A stretch of DNA of 64,000 bases from an uncultured Acidobacteriota bacterium (GCA_963700145.1 OY969474.1:3296001-3360000); one strand, 5' to 3'; positions 40,449 to 50,439 are shown, numbered from the stretch's first letter. Numbers and translations: made by a program. The notes: generated by a model not told the origin, from the sequence alone.

Positions 40449-40835
40449 TGCACCCCGCGGGGCTTCCGGGGTGCACCGCCGCGCCTGCGCCGATCGCCGC
40501 CGGACCTTTTTTGCACCATTTTCGGCCAGGGATGCACCATCCTGACCCTCGGGACGTCGCCGGAGCGCCTCGGGAGGTTGCCGCGGGCGCTCGGGAAGGC
40601 GCCGGAGGCGGAGAAATGCACCATTTCGGTCCCGAATGGTGCACCTTTCCTCTTGAGGATTTATCCTCAGGCCTCGCGGGGTGCATTTCTGCCGTTCGAT
40701 GGTGTATTTCTCCGGCCGGGGAAACATCTCCAGGCGCCGCGGGAACGTCTCCAGCGGCCGCGGCGCCGTTTTGGCCGGCTCGATGGTGCATGGCGGCGCC
40801 GGAATGGTGCATTTCTCCTCCGGCGGGGACGTCCC
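40448..40835. repeat. 21-bp-phased TGCACCAT/ATGGTGCA motif lattice
   Basis: motif starts 40511, 40532, 40616 (forward) and 40636, 40678, 40699, 40783, 40804 (reverse); spacing within each set is a multiple of 21. Confidence 0.75.
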
Positions 40836-41030
40836 GGGGGCCGTGCTAGCTTTCCTCCGTGCGCTCGCCGACGTTGCGCGCCGCGGTGGCGATCGGGCTG
40901 GTTTCTGGGTGGATGACGGCGCTCTTCGCCGGCTTCGCCGGCGGCGGCGCGGTGCACCTGGCGCTGGTCGCCGCGCTCCTTCTTTTCCCTTGGCGGCTCC
41001 TGCGCGACGACGCCGCGGGCGACTGATCTC

Positions 41031-42044
41031 ATGCCGAGCTTCGAACGCACGCCCCCCGAGGCCCAGGCCCTGCTCGAGCGGCCGATCCGCGAGCTGGGGC
41101 TGAAGCTCGAGGGGTCGCCGCTCGAGCGCTACGTCGAGGAGCTGTACCGCGAGCTGGAAGCGAAGGGGCTGCGCCATTTCCGTCCCCCCTGCTACCTCAC
41201 CGACGAGTGGGGGTGCCCTTCGGGCGAGCCGATCATCGGCATTCCCTTCTACCTCGCCGATCCGCGCGTGGCCGAGCTCGAGCGGGCGATGAACGACCTC
41301 GAGGACGAGCGCGAGATCATGATGTACCTCCGCCACGAGGCCGGGCACGCCTTCAACTACGCCTACGCGCTGTACAAGACCGCGGAGTGGCGCTCGGTGT
41401 TCGGGCCGTTCCGCCGCCCTTACCGCGAGGACTACAAGCCGATCCCCTTCTCGCGCGACTTCGTGCGCCACATCTCCGGCTGGTACGCGCAGAAGCACCC
41501 GGACGAGGACTTCGCCGAGACCTTCGCCCTCTGGGTCACGCCCGACTGCGACTGGCGCGAGCGCTACGAAGGATGGGGCGCGCTGCGGAAGCTCGAGTAC
41601 GTCGACCGCATCGCGTCTGAGGTCGGCGACCGCGAGCCGGTGCGCTCCTCGCCGCGCACCGACATCACGGTCGAGGAGATGGACGCGACGCTCGCCGACT
41701 TCTATCGCGCACAGGAGGGCGAGCTCGAGACCGTCAAGGCGCTGCCGCTCGACGCCGACCTGGTGAAGATCCTGCGCGGCGGGCGCGGCGCTCCGCCTCC
41801 CGAGGCGCGGCCCGCGGCGGAGCTCGTCGCCGCGCACCGGCGCGCGATGATCGACTCGGTCGCCGACTGGACGGGGATGCGCCGGCCGCTGGTCAAAGCG
41901 CTCGTCGAGCACATCCAGCGGCGCGCCGCGGCGCTCGGTCTCGCGGTCGCGCCCGGCCGCGAGAACGAAGCGGCGATCCGCTTGACCGCGTACGTCGCGA
42001 CGCTCGCCACCGCGTACCTCACGCGCGGCATCGCGCACCGCTAG
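41031..42044 (+). CDS. putative zinc-binding metallopeptidase (zincin)
   Basis: LRHEAGHA (HExxH), WYAQKHPDEDFAETFALW. Confidence 0.85.
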   Translation: MPSFERTPPEAQALLERPIRELGLKLEGSPLERYVEELYRELEAKGLRHFRPPCYLTDEWGCPSGEPIIGIPFYLADPRVAELERAMNDLEDEREIMMYLRHEAGHAFNYAYALYKTAEWRSVFGPFRRPYREDYKPIPFSRDFVRHISGWYAQKHPDEDFAETFALWVTPDCDWRERYEGWGALRKLEYVDRIASEVGDREPVRSSPRTDITVEEMDATLADFYRAQEGELETVKALPLDADLVKILRGGRGAPPPEARPAAELVAAHRRAMIDSVADWTGMRRPLVKALVEHIQRRAAALGLAVAPGRENEAAIRLTAYVATLATAYLTRGIAHR

Positions 42045-42110
42045 AAAAAAAACGCCGAGAACGCGCCGTTAAGAAGTACAATCGGCCGCAAGGAATTCGG
42101 CCGAGCAGAG

Positions 42111-43151
42111 ATGGCTACGATCACCATCCTTCACGACGTCGTCCCCGACGACGGCCGCGTCGAGCCGACGCTCGAGCCGGCGGAGGCGCCGACGAACGGC
42201 CGCCGCAAGAAGGGGCGGCGCAAGCCGCGCCGGCCGCTGCTCGACCGCGAGGAGGTGCACGCGGCGCTCCTGACGCTCGGGCACGAGCCGTCCTACTACG
42301 CGCTCGAAGGGAGCCCCGCGAGCCTCGCCGGGCTCGGCCGCGCGAAGACGGACCTGGTCTTCAACCTGAGCGAAGCCTTCGGCGGCGACGACACCAAGGA
42401 CATGCAGATCGCCGCCTTCTTGGACCTCCTCGGCCGGCCCTACACCGGCGCCGGCCCGCGCGCCCTCCACCTGGCGCAGGACAAGGGGCTGGCGAAGAAG
42501 GTGCTCGCCTTCCACGGCATCAAGACGCCCGACTTCGCGGTGGCCTATCGCGGCGCGCTCGACCACTCGCACGACATCGACTTCCCGCTGATCGTCAAGC
42601 CGGCCTCCGAGGACGGCTCGATCGGCATCGACGCCGGCGCTGTCGTCGGCTCGGTCAAGGAGCTGATGGAGCGGCTCGACTACATCCAGTCCACCTTCGA
42701 CTGTCCGGCGCTGGTCGAGGAGTACGTCGAGGGGCGCGAGATCTACGCCGCGGTGCTCGGCAACGGCCGGCCCGAGGCGCTGCCGCTCGTCGAGCTGGAC
42801 CTCTCGAAGCTCCCCGACGGCGTGCCGCGGATCGCCGGCAGCGAGGTCAAGTGGGAGACCGGCAGCGCCGTCTACCGCAAGACCAAGTCGGCGCCGGCCA
42901 GGGACCTCGACGAAGAGACGGCGGCGAAGATCCAGAAGACGGCGCTCGGCGTCTACCAGGCGCTGAAGCTCCGCGACTACGCGCGCGTGGACCTGCGGCT
43001 GACCGAGGCGGGCGAGATCTACGTCATCGAGGCGAACCCCAACCCCTGGATCGCCTCGGGCGCGGAGTTCGCGATGGCGGCGCGCGAGTCCGGCCGCTCC
43101 TACACGCAGCTGATCGGCGAGATCGTCGAGCTGGCGCGGCAGCGGGCCTAA
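42111..43151 (+). CDS. D-Ala-D-Ala-ligase-like ATP-grasp enzyme
   Basis: QDKGLAK, PLIVKPASEDGSIGI, EEYVEGRE, YARVDLR, IEANPNP. Confidence 0.88.
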   Translation: MATITILHDVVPDDGRVEPTLEPAEAPTNGRRKKGRRKPRRPLLDREEVHAALLTLGHEPSYYALEGSPASLAGLGRAKTDLVFNLSEAFGGDDTKDMQIAAFLDLLGRPYTGAGPRALHLAQDKGLAKKVLAFHGIKTPDFAVAYRGALDHSHDIDFPLIVKPASEDGSIGIDAGAVVGSVKELMERLDYIQSTFDCPALVEEYVEGREIYAAVLGNGRPEALPLVELDLSKLPDGVPRIAGSEVKWETGSAVYRKTKSAPARDLDEETAAKIQKTALGVYQALKLRDYARVDLRLTEAGEIYVIEANPNPWIASGAEFAMAARESGRSYTQLIGEIVELARQRA

Positions 43152-43930
43152 CGCGAGCTGTCCAGCCGCGCTTCGACCGGGTTCTTCAGCACCCCGACCC
43201 CGGGGACCTCCACTTCGACGACGTCGCCGTCGACGAGCGGGCCGACGCCGGCGGGCGTGCCGGTTAAGACGACGTCGCCGGCCTCGAGCGTGACGTAGCG
43301 CGAGACGTAGACCAGGAGATCGAGGATCCCCCAACTCATCTGCCGCACGTGGCCGCGCTGGCGCTCGGCGCCGTTGACCCGGGTCACCACCTCCAGGTCG
43401 TCGAAGTCCGGCCGCACCAGGATCGCCGGCCCCAGCGGGCAGAAGGTGTCGAGCGACTTGGCGCGGACGAAGGTGGCGTCGCGGCGCTGGAGGTCGCGGG
43501 CGGTGACGTCGTTGGCGCAGGTGACGCCGAGGACGGCGCTCGCGGCGTCCTCGCGGTCGCCGTGCCGCAGCCGCTGGCGCAAGACGACGGCGATTTCGCC
43601 TTCGTGCTCGACCTGCACGCTCTCCGGCGGCAGGAGGATCGTCGCGTTGGGGCCGACGACCGCCGACGGCGACTTCAAAAAGATGAGCGGCTCGGCCGGC
43701 GGCTCGTTCCCCAGCTCGCGGGCGTGCTCGGCGTAGTTCCTGCCGATGCCGACGATCTTCCCGGGCAAGACCGGCGTCATCGGCCAAGCGGCGTCGGCCG
43801 GCACCGGCCGGCCCATCTCCCAGCCGCCCGGCAGCGTCTCGAAAGGGTCGGAGTAGAGCGTGCGCAGCTCCCCGCCCGGCTCCTCCTGGACGGCGTAGAG
43901 GCCCTCGGGCCCGAGGCGGTAGAGCAGCAC
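43148..43930 (-). CDS. fumarylacetoacetate hydrolase family protein
   Basis: GRNYAEH, EHEGE, ANDVTARDLQ, KSLDTFCPLGP, TGTPAGVG. Confidence 0.92.
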   Translation of the reverse strand: MLLYRLGPEGLYAVQEEPGGELRTLYSDPFETLPGGWEMGRPVPADAAWPMTPVLPGKIVGIGRNYAEHARELGNEPPAEPLIFLKSPSAVVGPNATILLPPESVQVEHEGEIAVVLRQRLRHGDREDAASAVLGVTCANDVTARDLQRRDATFVRAKSLDTFCPLGPAILVRPDFDDLEVVTRVNGAERQRGHVRQMSWGILDLLVYVSRYVTLEAGDVVLTGTPAGVGPLVDGDVVEVEVPGVGVLKNPVEARLDSSR

Positions 43931-43971
43931 GGGGCGGATTGTAGAATCCCCCGCCAAACGAGGAGGGGGTC

Positions 43972-44640
43972 ATGCCGACAATCCGCGCCTGCGCGCTCGT
44001 TGTCGTGGTGCTCTCGGCGGTCGCCGTGCTGGCCGGCTGCGGCGACGCCGGGAAGGTCAAGGATGCCGTCCGCGTGCTGCAGGCGCACAGCGGGCCGCCC
44101 GACAGGCCGTTCGCGACCGACGCCGTCGCGAAGGGGGCGCGCCAGCTGGAGGAGCAGCTCGGCGGGCCCGTGCGCGTGCTCAACCTCGAGATCAGCGACC
44201 GCAGCATCGTCTTCCAGATCCAGGACCCGGCGCAGCCCGCCAACGTCGACGCCTACGAGCTGCGCAACGGCGAGCTCCTGGGGCCGGAGCCGGTGCAGCT
44301 GATGGGCGACGCGGACCTCGAGGCGAGCCTTTACCCGCTGGCGGAGGTCCCGCTCGAGCGCGTCCCGGAGCTGGCGAAGGCGGCGGCCGCCGCGCTTGCG
44401 CTCGAGGGCGGGAAGGTCAGCAGCATGCGGGTGCACCGCAGGTTCTCCGCCATCCGCCCGGAGATGCGGGAAGCGCTCGACCGCGCCCGCCGCAGCGCCG
44501 GCATCGAGCCCCGGGTCGAAAAGCCCGACGTCCCCGACGGGGGCGTGGCGGTCGAGATCTACGTCGACAGCCCGCGCCGCAAGGGCTACGTCCTCGCCGA
44601 CGGCAGCAACTTCGAGATCGTGCGACAGAACGTGCTCTGA
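43972..44640 (+). CDS. putative lipoprotein
   Basis: lipobox LAGC; GGAGG RBS. Confidence 0.75.
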   Translation: MPTIRACALVVVVLSAVAVLAGCGDAGKVKDAVRVLQAHSGPPDRPFATDAVAKGARQLEEQLGGPVRVLNLEISDRSIVFQIQDPAQPANVDAYELRNGELLGPEPVQLMGDADLEASLYPLAEVPLERVPELAKAAAAALALEGGKVSSMRVHRRFSAIRPEMREALDRARRSAGIEPRVEKPDVPDGGVAVEIYVDSPRRKGYVLADGSNFEIVRQNVL

Positions 44641-44656
44641 GATCGGAGGACTCTCG

Positions 44657-45223
44657 ATGCTCCGCAAGATCCTGCTCGGCCTGCTGCTCCTCGTCGTCCT
44701 CGCCGTCCTGGTCCTCTTCCTCGTCGGCCGCCGGCCGAGTGCCGGGCGCATCGCGCACGCGGTCGACCTGCCGGCTCCGCCCGAGGCGGTGTGGCCCTGG
44801 CTCACCGAGCCGGAGCGGCTCAAGCAGTGGGTCGGCTGGCTGGTGGCGGTCGAGCCGCTCTCCCCGGGCGACGCGAACGGCCTCGGCGCGCGCGAGCGGT
44901 TGGTGATGGACGACCCGAACATGAAGCAGCAGGTGACGATGGAGGCGACGACGACCGAGATCGAGCGCCCGCGCCGGCTGGCGGTCGAGATCTCCGCGCC
45001 GATGGGCTTCGACGGCACCGTGACCTACAGCCTGGTCGAGACCCCCCCCGGCACGACGCGCCTGACCTACGACCGCCGCTTTCGCTACCACCACTGGCTC
45101 GTGGCGCTGATGGAGCCGCTGGTCACGCCGCAGGCGAAGAAGAAGCTGGTGGACGACCTCGAGCGGCTGCGCGGCCTCGTCACCGCCGAGACGGCAGGCA
45201 AGCGCGGCGGCGCGGCCTCATGA
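44657..45223 (+). CDS. SRPBCC/START-like protein with N-terminal anchor
   Basis: APPEAVWPWLTEPERLKQW. Confidence 0.82.
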   Translation: MLRKILLGLLLLVVLAVLVLFLVGRRPSAGRIAHAVDLPAPPEAVWPWLTEPERLKQWVGWLVAVEPLSPGDANGLGARERLVMDDPNMKQQVTMEATTTEIERPRRLAVEISAPMGFDGTVTYSLVETPPGTTRLTYDRRFRYHHWLVALMEPLVTPQAKKKLVDDLERLRGLVTAETAGKRGGAAS

Positions 45224-45280
45224 TCGGGCCGTAGAATGAGAGCGGCCACGCTGAGCGCCGGGCCAACCGAGGGAGACGCC

Positions 45281-45550
45281 ATGACAGTCCACGAGTTGGT
45301 CGTCGAGATGAAGCTGCTCGAGCGCCGGCTGACGCTCTACGAGGAGAAGTACGGCGTCTTGAGCGAGGACTTCTACCGCGCCCTGACCGCCGGCGAGCTG
45401 TCCCGCTTCGACGACTTCGACGAGACGCGGACGGACTTCAGCCGCTGGAAGGGGATCTACGAGACCTGGCTGCGGCGGAAGCAGGCGTACGACCAGGAGC
45501 TGAAGAACCACGACCTCGCCGCGGCCCTGCGCTTCCAGCCTGCCTATTGA
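45281..45550 (+). CDS. antitoxin-like small protein (TumA-like), no toxin partner
   Basis: LTLYEEKYGVLSEDFYRALTAGEL...DFSRWKGIYE. Confidence 0.6.
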   Translation: MTVHELVVEMKLLERRLTLYEEKYGVLSEDFYRALTAGELSRFDDFDETRTDFSRWKGIYETWLRRKQAYDQELKNHDLAAALRFQPAY

Positions 45551-45552
45551 CG

Positions 45553-45735
45553 ATGGCTGGTCCCGACAACGCTCCTGAACCACGTCCTTGGCGCGATCCG
45601 ATCGTGACGGAGGTCCGCGCCGCCCGCGAGGCGCTCTACGCGGAGGCGGGCTACGACATCTATGAGCTCTGCCGGCGCTTGCAGGAGAGGCAGAAGTCGG
45701 CTGGGGCTGCCGTGACGCGGGCTTCCGGCTCGTAG
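45553..45735 (+). CDS. small antitoxin-like protein (DPIVxEVR family)
   Basis: WRDPIVTEVRAAREALYAEAGYDI. Confidence 0.55.
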   Translation: MAGPDNAPEPRPWRDPIVTEVRAAREALYAEAGYDIYELCRRLQERQKSAGAAVTRASGS

Positions 45736-45756
45736 GACTGCTTTCGCGAGGCCCGT

Positions 45757-46776
45757 TCAGAGGAGCGGCCGCTCGCGGCGGCGGGCGAGGAGGAGCCAGA
45801 GGAAGAAGGGGCCGCCGAGGAGGGCGGTGAAGACGCCGACCGGCAGCTCGGCCGGCGCCAGGAGCGTGCGGGCGCCGAGGTCGCAGAGGGCGAGGAAGGC
45901 GCCGCCGCCCAAGAGGCAGGCGGGGAGGAGCAGCAGGTGGTCGTGCCCCACCGGCCGGCGCAGGATGTGCGGCACCATGAGGCCGACGAAGCCGATCGGC
46001 CCCGCCACCGCCACCAGCGCGCCGAGCATCAGCGAGGTGGTGAGGAGGATCGCCAGCCGAACGCGCGGCACGTCGACGCCGCGGCTCGCCGCCAGCTCCT
46101 CGCCGGTCAGCAGGAGGTTCAGGTCCCAGCGCAGCGCCAGCAGCACCGCCGCCCCGCCGAGCACCCAGGGCGCCGTCCACAGCACCTCTCGGTAGCCGAC
46201 GACCGCGAGGCCCCCCATCATCCAGCGCACCATGCGGAAGGTCTGCGTCGAGTCGGCCAGGTACTGGAGGAAGAGGATCAGCGCGCCGCAGGAGAGCGAC
46301 ACCGCGACGCCGGCGAGAAGCAGCGTCGGGGTCTCGACCCGGCCGCCCTCGGCGGCGAGCGCGACGACCAGCGCCGTGGCGGCGAGCGCGCCGGCGAAGC
46401 TCGCCAGCTCGACGAGCGGCAGCCAGGAGAGGCCGAGCGTCTCCTCGAAGCGCAGGGCGGCGACCGCGCCGAGCGCCGCGCCGCTGGCGATGCCGAGCGT
46501 GTAGGGCTCGGCCAGCGGGTTGCGGAAGAGGGTCTGGAGGGCGAGGCCGGCCAGCGCCAGCCCGCCGCCGGCGAGGAGGGCGAGGAGCACGCGCGGCAGG
46601 CGGAGTTGCCAGACGATGGCGGCGCCGGTGCCCTCGCCGCTCAAGAGATCGCCGAGCGCCACCGGCTGGGAGCCGAGGAGCGGCGCGCCCACGAGCGCCG
46701 CGAGCCAGAGCAGGGCGAGGAGAAGGAGAGCCAGGCGCGGCAAGCGCCTTTGAGTCGAATGCGGCGCGCTCTTCAC
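45757..46776 (-). CDS. btuC: cobalamin/Fe-chelate ABC permease
   Basis: LRLPR, RNPLAEPYTLG, GPIGFVGLMVPH, ELPVG. Confidence 0.88.
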   Translation of the reverse strand: MKSAPHSTQRRLPRLALLLLALLWLAALVGAPLLGSQPVALGDLLSGEGTGAAIVWQLRLPRVLLALLAGGGLALAGLALQTLFRNPLAEPYTLGIASGAALGAVAALRFEETLGLSWLPLVELASFAGALAATALVVALAAEGGRVETPTLLLAGVAVSLSCGALILFLQYLADSTQTFRMVRWMMGGLAVVGYREVLWTAPWVLGGAAVLLALRWDLNLLLTGEELAASRGVDVPRVRLAILLTTSLMLGALVAVAGPIGFVGLMVPHILRRPVGHDHLLLLPACLLGGGAFLALCDLGARTLLAPAELPVGVFTALLGGPFFLWLLLARRRERPLL

Positions 46777-47597
46777 TGCCCCAGCTCCAGCAGCGTCACC
46801 GGCCGCGGGCCGCCGCGTACCACCTCGAACGGTGCCGCGAAGAGCGCAGCCAGCACCTCCGGGCGCAGCACCTCGGCCGGCGGGCCGGCGGCGAGAGCGC
46901 GGCCGCCGGCGAGGGCGACGAGACGGTCGGCGAGGAGCGAGGCGAGGTTGAGATCGTGCGTGGCGGCTACCACCGTGCGGCCGGCCTCGCGCGTCAGCCG
47001 CAGGAGCAGGGTCGCCACCTCGCGCTGGTGGCGCGGGTCGAGGTGGGTGGTCGGCTCGTCGAGCACCAGGACCGGCGCCTCCTGCGCCAGCGCCGCGGCG
47101 ATCCAGACCGCCTGCCGCTCGCCGCCCGAGAGCTCGTCCACCCGCCGGCCGCGCAGCTCCCCGATCCCCACCAGCTCCAGTGCCTGCTCGACCGCGGCGC
47201 GATCACCGGCAGCCGGCTCCCACTGCAGGGGCGCGAGATACGGGTAGCGGCCGAGAGTGACCACCTCCTCGACGGTGAGCGGCACCCGCGCCGGCCGCAC
47301 CTGCGGCACGTAGGCCAGCCGGCGCGCCAGCTCGCGGCGGGAGAGATCGGCGAGCGGCCGCCCTTCCCAGAGCACCTCGCCGGCGGTCGGGCGGAGGAGG
47401 CCGGTGAGGGTGCGGAGGAGGGTGGTCTTGCCGGCGCCGTTCGGTCCGACGAGGACGAAGCACTCGCCGCGCTCGACCTCCAGGTCCAGCGGGCCGAGGC
47501 GGACGCCGCTGCCGAGCTCCCAGGCGAGGCCGCGGGCCCCCAGGAGCGGCGCGCCGGCGCCGCTCCGTTCCGATCGATCGAACGGCGGCGCGCTCAC
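46773..47597 (-). CDS. btuD: ABC ATPase
   Basis: GPNGAGKT, LSGGERQ, LDEPT. Confidence 0.88.
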   Translation of the reverse strand: MSAPPFDRSERSGAGAPLLGARGLAWELGSGVRLGPLDLEVERGECFVLVGPNGAGKTTLLRTLTGLLRPTAGEVLWEGRPLADLSRRELARRLAYVPQVRPARVPLTVEEVVTLGRYPYLAPLQWEPAAGDRAAVEQALELVGIGELRGRRVDELSGGERQAVWIAAALAQEAPVLVLDEPTTHLDPRHQREVATLLLRLTREAGRTVVAATHDLNLASLLADRLVALAGGRALAAGPPAEVLRPEVLAALFAAPFEVVRGGPRPVTLLELGQ

Positions 47598-48430
47598 CGC
47601 GCGAGCGCCTCGTGCATCTGCCGGTAGAGCAGCGGGAGGCGCGGCCCCGGGAGCATGGTGTGGCTGCCGGAGACGACCTCGACGCGCGGTCCCGGCCGCC
47701 CGGCCAGCCGCGCCAGCTCAGCCCACTCCGCGCGCAACGCCGCCGCCAGCTCCGGCGACGCCGGCTGGGCGCGCAGCTCGAGCACGACGTCGGGGTTGCG
47801 CGCGAGGATCTCCTCGGGGCCGACCTGCGGGTAGCGCGTCGGCGCGTCGGGGAAGGCGTTGCGCGCGCCGAGGCGGGCGAGCAGCTCGCCGTAGAAGGTC
47901 TCCGGCCCGGCCACCGTCACCTGCGCGAGCTGGCCGCGCGGGCGGCCTACCGAGAGGAGCACCGCGGGCGAGCCCTCGACCGGCCGCGGCGCGAGCGCCG
48001 TCCGGAAGCGCGCCGCCAGCGCCTCGCCCGCCGCCGGCACGCCGCAGTGTGCGGCGATGACGCGGAAGGAGGCCTCGACCTCGGCGAGCGTTTCGGCCTT
48101 GACCTCGAGCGTCGCGATGCCGAGCGGCTGGAGCTTGGCGGCGAGGTCGCGCTCGCTCGCGGTGAGAACTGCCAAGTCGGGCTCGAGCGCCACGATCCGC
48201 TCCAGATTGGGGTCGAAGAAGCCGCCGAGCTTGGGGAGCCGCACCGCTGCCGGGGGCCAGGTCGTGTAGCTCCCGACCCCCACGACGCGGTCGCCGAGCC
48301 CGAGGGCGAAGAAGGTCTCGACGACGCTCGGGGTAAGTGCCACGATCCGCTCCGGCGCCCGCGCCGCCGCCGGCTCCTCGCCACGGCAGGCGGCGAGGAG
48401 GAGCAGGGCGACGCAGACAACCGCTGTCAT
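47594..48430 (-). CDS. btuF: periplasmic cobalamin-binding lipoprotein
   Basis: LAAC lipobox, PERIVAL.PS, PNLERIVALEPDL, PGPRL. Confidence 0.85.
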   Translation of the reverse strand: MTAVVCVALLLLAACRGEEPAAARAPERIVALTPSVVETFFALGLGDRVVGVGSYTTWPPAAVRLPKLGGFFDPNLERIVALEPDLAVLTASERDLAAKLQPLGIATLEVKAETLAEVEASFRVIAAHCGVPAAGEALAARFRTALAPRPVEGSPAVLLSVGRPRGQLAQVTVAGPETFYGELLARLGARNAFPDAPTRYPQVGPEEILARNPDVVLELRAQPASPELAAALRAEWAELARLAGRPGPRVEVVSGSHTMLPGPRLPLLYRQMHEALAR

Positions 48431-48587
48431 TCTGAGCGCAGCGAACCCGCAATCCAAGATCAATCGCCTGCTCCGGCAGGCGACCTCTCGGGTAGCGGAG
48501 CCCATCACTGGGCTCCGCAAGAATCTGGGCGGGGGTGCAGGCCGAGCCTTCCCGGCCCCCAGATCCCTCGCTGCGCTCGGGATGACA
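48425..48587. repeat. REP-like element with a nested 78-bp repeat (48444-48520)
   Basis: TGTCATTCTGAGCGCAGCG...AGATCCCTCGCTGCGCTCGGGATGACA inverted ends. Confidence 0.78.
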
Positions 48588-48600
48588 ATGCGGGCCGTTA

Positions 48601-50439
48601 CTAGAACGTGAATGCCACCCCTCCGATCAGCGTCCGCCCGAGCGCCGGGTAGCCGAGCGCTTCGGCGTACTCGCGGTCGGTGGCGTTCTCGACGCGCGCG
48701 TAGGGCGCGAGCCAAGGCCTGAGCGCGTAGCGGGCGCCGACATCCACGCGCGTGTAGCCCGGGTTCGTCGTGCGCGCGAAGGTGGCGGGGTCGACGTCCG
48801 GCCGCTCGCCGACGTAGAGCCCTTCGACGCTCAGGGTCCAGGGGCCTGGGGTCAACGTCGCGACGAGCCCGGCGCTCTCCTCCGGCCGGCGCAGCAGCGG
48901 CTCTCCCGTGACTCGATCTTCAGCGTCCAGCCACGTCGCATGCGCGCGAATCGCTCCCTCCCCGCTCGTCCAGCCCAGCTCGGCCTCGACGCCGCGGCTC
49001 CGCGCCCGTCCGAGGTTAACGTTGCGGAAGGCGACGAAGTCGAAGTCGATCAGGTCGCGCTGCCGGGTCTCGAAGCCGGTCAGCGCGGCGCGGAACGGCC
49101 CGCGCCGCAGCTCGACGCCGAGCTCGGCGCTCTCGCCGATCTCCGGCCGCAGGTCGGGGTTGCCGCTGCCGGGGAAGAACAGCTCGCCGAGCGAGGGGGC
49201 GCGGAACGACTCGCCGTAGCCGGCCTTCAAACGCACGCCGCCGCCCACCTCCCAGAGTGCCCCGGCGCGCAGGCTGGTGGCGCCGCCGTAGACGTCGTTC
49301 TCGTCGCGGCGCGCGCCCAGGTCGAGCCGCAGCGGCCCGAGCGCCCGGCTGGCCTGCGCGAAGACGGCCCAGGTCTCCTGCCGCGCGCCGGCGAGGTTCG
49401 TGCCGAAGACCGAGCCGTTGTCCACCTCCAGCCGCTCCGCCTCGGCGCCCAGGGCGAGCCAGCCGTCTCCCCCGCCCGCCTGCCGCCAAGTCGCCACCGC
49501 CCGGCCGCGCAGGGCTTCGGCGCCGGTGTCGGAAGCGGTGAAGCCGAAGGGGTCGTCAGGGTCGCGGAAGGCGGAGTCGAAGGTCGCCTGCGCGAGGTGG
49601 GCCTCGAGCCCCCAACGCGGCCGCTCGATCGACAGCGGCAGCGCCACCTCCCGCTCGCGCCATTCGATCGACCGCCGCAGGGACGGCAGACCTCCGGAGA
49701 GCGGGATACCGGTCTCGGCGTCGCCCTGCCGCGCCAGCACGCCGACGCTGACCCCCGGCCGCACTGTCCAGCGGGCGCGCGCCAGGACGTCCTCGGCGTC
49801 GAAGTCGTCGTTGGCGAGCGGGCCGCCGCCGCGGCGCAGCGACCCCGCGACGTCGAGCCGCAGCCGTTCCGTCGCGTGGGCCGCCGCGACGCCGGCGCGC
49901 CGGTAGCCGTCCTCGCCGCCTTCGAGGCGGAGCGCGACGCCCGGCTCGGCGCCGCTCACCACCTGCACGACGCCGCCCACCGCCTGGCTCCCGTAGAGGG
50001 CGGAGAACGGCCCGCGCGCCACCTCGACGCGCGCCGCGCCGTCGAGCGGCACGAACTGCCAGTTGGCGCCGCCGAAGAAGGGGTCGTTGAGCGGGATGCC
50101 GTTCCAGAGCAGCAGCGTCTGCTCGGAGTCGGCGCCGCGCAGGAAGACCGAGGTCTGCTGCCCGGGCGGGCCGGCCTGCACGAGGGCCAGGCCCGGGACG
50201 GTGGCGAGGACGTCGGGGAGGTCCACCGCCTGGCGCGCCTCGATCTCGGCGCGCTCGACGACGGTCACCGCGGCGGGGAGCTCGTCCTCCGGCGCGGGCT
50301 CGAGGGTGGCGGTGACGACGACGGTCTCGGCGAACGACTGGGTAGGGGAGGCGGGGGTGGACGGGGCGGAAGGAGGCTCTTCCGCCTGGATCGCCATCCC
50401 CCCCCCGAGGACGGCGGCCGCGAGCAGCCAGCAGCGCAT
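48601..50439 (-). CDS. btuB: TonB-dependent receptor, BtuB-like
   Basis: ETVVVTAT TonB box, plug domain, C-terminal Phe; B12 riboswitch upstream. Confidence 0.9.
   Translation of the reverse strand: MRCWLLAAAVLGGGMAIQAEEPPSAPSTPASPTQSFAETVVVTATLEPAPEDELPAAVTVVERAEIEARQAVDLPDVLATVPGLALVQAGPPGQQTSVFLRGADSEQTLLLWNGIPLNDPFFGGANWQFVPLDGAARVEVARGPFSALYGSQAVGGVVQVVSGAEPGVALRLEGGEDGYRRAGVAAAHATERLRLDVAGSLRRGGGPLANDDFDAEDVLARARWTVRPGVSVGVLARQGDAETGIPLSGGLPSLRRSIEWREREVALPLSIERPRWGLEAHLAQATFDSAFRDPDDPFGFTASDTGAEALRGRAVATWRQAGGGDGWLALGAEAERLEVDNGSVFGTNLAGARQETWAVFAQASRALGPLRLDLGARRDENDVYGGATSLRAGALWEVGGGVRLKAGYGESFRAPSLGELFFPGSGNPDLRPEIGESAELGVELRRGPFRAALTGFETRQRDLIDFDFVAFRNVNLGRARSRGVEAELGWTSGEGAIRAHATWLDAEDRVTGEPLLRRPEESAGLVATLTPGPWTLSVEGLYVGERPDVDPATFARTTNPGYTRVDVGARYALRPWLAPYARVENATDREYAEALGYPALGRTLIGGVAFTF

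Noticed and set aside
40448-40835. Possible CRISPR array
   Set aside because: Conserved motif only about 8 bp with 21-bp period, two orientations, no cas genes.
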